Source: Cenarchaeum sp. (GTDB lineage Archaea > Thermoproteota > Nitrososphaeria > Nitrososphaerales > Nitrosopumilaceae). From it: a stretch of 64,000 bases of DNA. Shown here one piece after another: positions 59,101-62,100 of this stretch (positions are counted from its first letter, which is position 1; the number at the start of each line of letters is the position of its first letter). Made by a program: the position numbers and the translations under genes. Below the pieces are notes generated by a model. That model was not told the DNA's origin. It did not search any database and saw only the letters and a program-made list of their open reading frames with translations. The stretch lies in NCBI GenBank assembly GCA_963693095.2, contig OY843768.1:320001-384000 (forward strand), given 5' to 3'.

Positions 59101-62100
59101 GTCGTCCACACCGTCACGCTGCCGACGGAGCTGCGCGACAGGGCCGAAAACGCGTTCACCACGAGCGCAGATGACGCGACGTACAGCCCGCCAGAGGCGT
59201 CTTCGCTCGCGTTCACCGTGAGGGCCGGCTCGCCGATCGCAGACAAGTCCGGCACGTACGCCAACGTGGCAGGCATCGGCAACACGATACGCATAACCCT
59301 CGGCCTCGACGCTGCCGTGACTGCGGCGCCGCAAATAACGCTGGACGGCAGGGACACGGAGTCGGTGGCCATGACCGCAGGCGCCGCCATGACGTGGAGC
59401 CACGACCACGTCGTGGACGCAACGCACGACAGCACCACGACCTCGGCCCCGCTGGACATCCTCATCGTAGCCACCGGCGCCAACGGCAACGTCGCCAGGA
59501 TAACGAACGAGGACGGCCTGGCCTCGGGCACGACAGTCACGCTGCCCGAGATCGACACGGCACGGCCGGCCCTCTCCACGGGCAACGCGCTGGTGACTGG
59601 CATCCAGTCGGCCACGCCAGGAACGCTCACGCTCAGCACTGCCGGCGTTGATGACATACTCGTAGTCAGGGTCTTTCCCACCGAGAGGCTCGTCGGCGAC
59701 GACCTCGAGGACGTCATGAACGCAGCAAGCCACTCCGACCCCGCGGCCTCGAGGATCAACCGCGACATGGCCTTCTATGCCAGCGCCACGGCGGCAAACC
59801 ACGGCTTTGAGCGGAGCACCTCGCCGTTCCAGTACGACTTTACGCGCCTCGTCGCTGACGGCGTGGACGCCGCCGGACCGGTCACGTTCTCGCTGACCAT
59901 GCGCGACGTCGCCGGCAACACGGCAACAGTCACGCACACAGACCTCGCGACAGTCATGGCACGTGACACGACGCCTGCTGACGCCGACGTCTGGGGCTAT
60001 CGCGCAACAGTCGACTCGAGCGTGCCCAGCATGACCTCGGCTGTCACGGCCTCAACGGGCGAGCTCACAGTCACGCTTTCTGAGTCGCTCCCGTCCTCGG
60101 CCGACACTGCCGTAGGCGACTGGACCGCCATCGACGCGACGCTGGAGCCTGACGTGACGGCCATGATCCTCACCGCAGACGTCTCGGGCAGCACGGTGAC
60201 GATCACGTACAGGACAGTCGAGGACACGTCATTTGCGCCGGTCCTCACGTACACGGGCGCGGGACTCGCCGACGCCGGCCGCAACGCCGTGCCCTCTGGC
60301 GCGCAGGTCACCGCCACTGACGGCGTCGCGCCGACGGCCATGGCGACCTTCCTGGGCAGCACGCTCACGATCACGTTCAGCGAGCCGGTCAACGGCGTGT
60401 CTGACACGCCGCTAACGCTCACCAGGCCAAACGGCAGCACGATCAGGCAGGCGTTCACGCACGACGATGGCGATCGCACGGCGACGCTGAGGATGCCCTC
60501 AACGCCGGCGACAGGCACGTGGGGCATCGCCATACCGGCGGCTGTCACCGACGTGACGGGCAACGCGCGCGACGTGGACTCGGCGAACATCTCTGCTGAT
60601 GCGTCTATCGCGCCGATGGCGACTGCGATATCGTACACGGTCTTTGAGCCCGGCGGCACGACACCGCGCGCCTCGCCGTACACAAACTATGCGCGCGCTG
60701 ACGACGTGATCGAGGTCTCCGTCACGCTCGACGAGTCCGTCAGCGGGACGCCGACGATCCTCTTTGTGGGTCAGACGGCAAGCCCCACACCGATGACACG
60801 CGTCGGCATGACTGACGAGTGGACCGCGCGGTACACCGTCGAGGCCGGCATGACGGACATTGGATTCACCTTTGTAATGTCAGTCACCGGCGCGGTGAGC
60901 GGCGCGATGGGCGAGATACGTGACACGACGCTCCCTGCTGTGACGCCACCCGCAATAGACCGCACGGTGCCGAAGATCTCGGCGCAGACGGCCGGCCTCG
61001 ACGAGGTCACCGTGTCCTTTAGCGAGGACGTGTCGGGAACCACAGGGGCCACCGAGTGGACAGTCGGAGGCACTGCTGCCGAGAGCATCACCTCTGACGG
61101 CTCGGCGCAGACTGGCGACCTGGCGCTCTCGGATGAGCGCACGATCGCACTCGGCCTCTCGCAGGCCGGCGAGCTCGTCGGCGGCGAGGCGAGGCCCGCA
61201 GTCGCATTCACGGCCCGCACGCCGCCGGCCCTCCATGACGTCGCAGGCAACCCGCTTGAAACCGCCTCGACCACGGCAATAGACCGCATACGCCCGAGCC
61301 TCGTCTCCATGGAGTTCACGGCGCCCAACATGATCACAGTCACGCTGAGTGAGCCCCTTGACGCCAACACGCTGGGCACGACCATCCCGCAGGCCAGCCT
61401 TAGCCCGCACCTCGGGGGAATCACGGTCAACTATGCGATCGGCGCCGAGTCGCTCACGCTGAGAACCGTCAACAGTGCGGCCGAGCGCGCAAGCCACTCG
61501 CTCACGCTGCCCGCGCGCGTGACTGACGTGGCCAACCCCGCCGGCGTGTCGCGCAACGCCATCTCGCAGGCCGCAGTGGCCGCCACGCTGCCGGACACCA
61601 CGCCGCCCACGTACACGGCGCGCACGTACAACGCCTCGCACGTCATCGTGACGTTCAGCGAGCCAGTCCAGGGCACGACGGCGGCCTCCGAGTGGACACT
61701 TGACGTGCCGACATCTGACCTGGTGACGCCAGATGGCGCAGGGCGGGCCGTAAACGCGGTGGCTGACGTGCCTCGCCCGCCCGAGGCAGATAGGCTCGAT
61801 GACACGATCGACGCGTCATCTGCGTTCACCGGCCCGCTCTATGTCGGCCACAAGGATCCCGTTGTTAACACATTCCCCGTCTGGGAACCGGACGCCACGC
61901 CGAACGTGAGGTTCACGATGCCGTCAAACGGCCTCACCGACGTGGCTCCGCCCGGCGGCACGGCCAACGCGCTGGAGACGACTGCCACCGTGACGGCCAG
62001 CGACGGCATTGCGCCCACGGTGACCTTTGCCGTCTTTGTGACGACGACTGAGGTTCACGTCACGTTCAGCGAGGACGTCACCGTCGAGGAGGGCGGCGTC

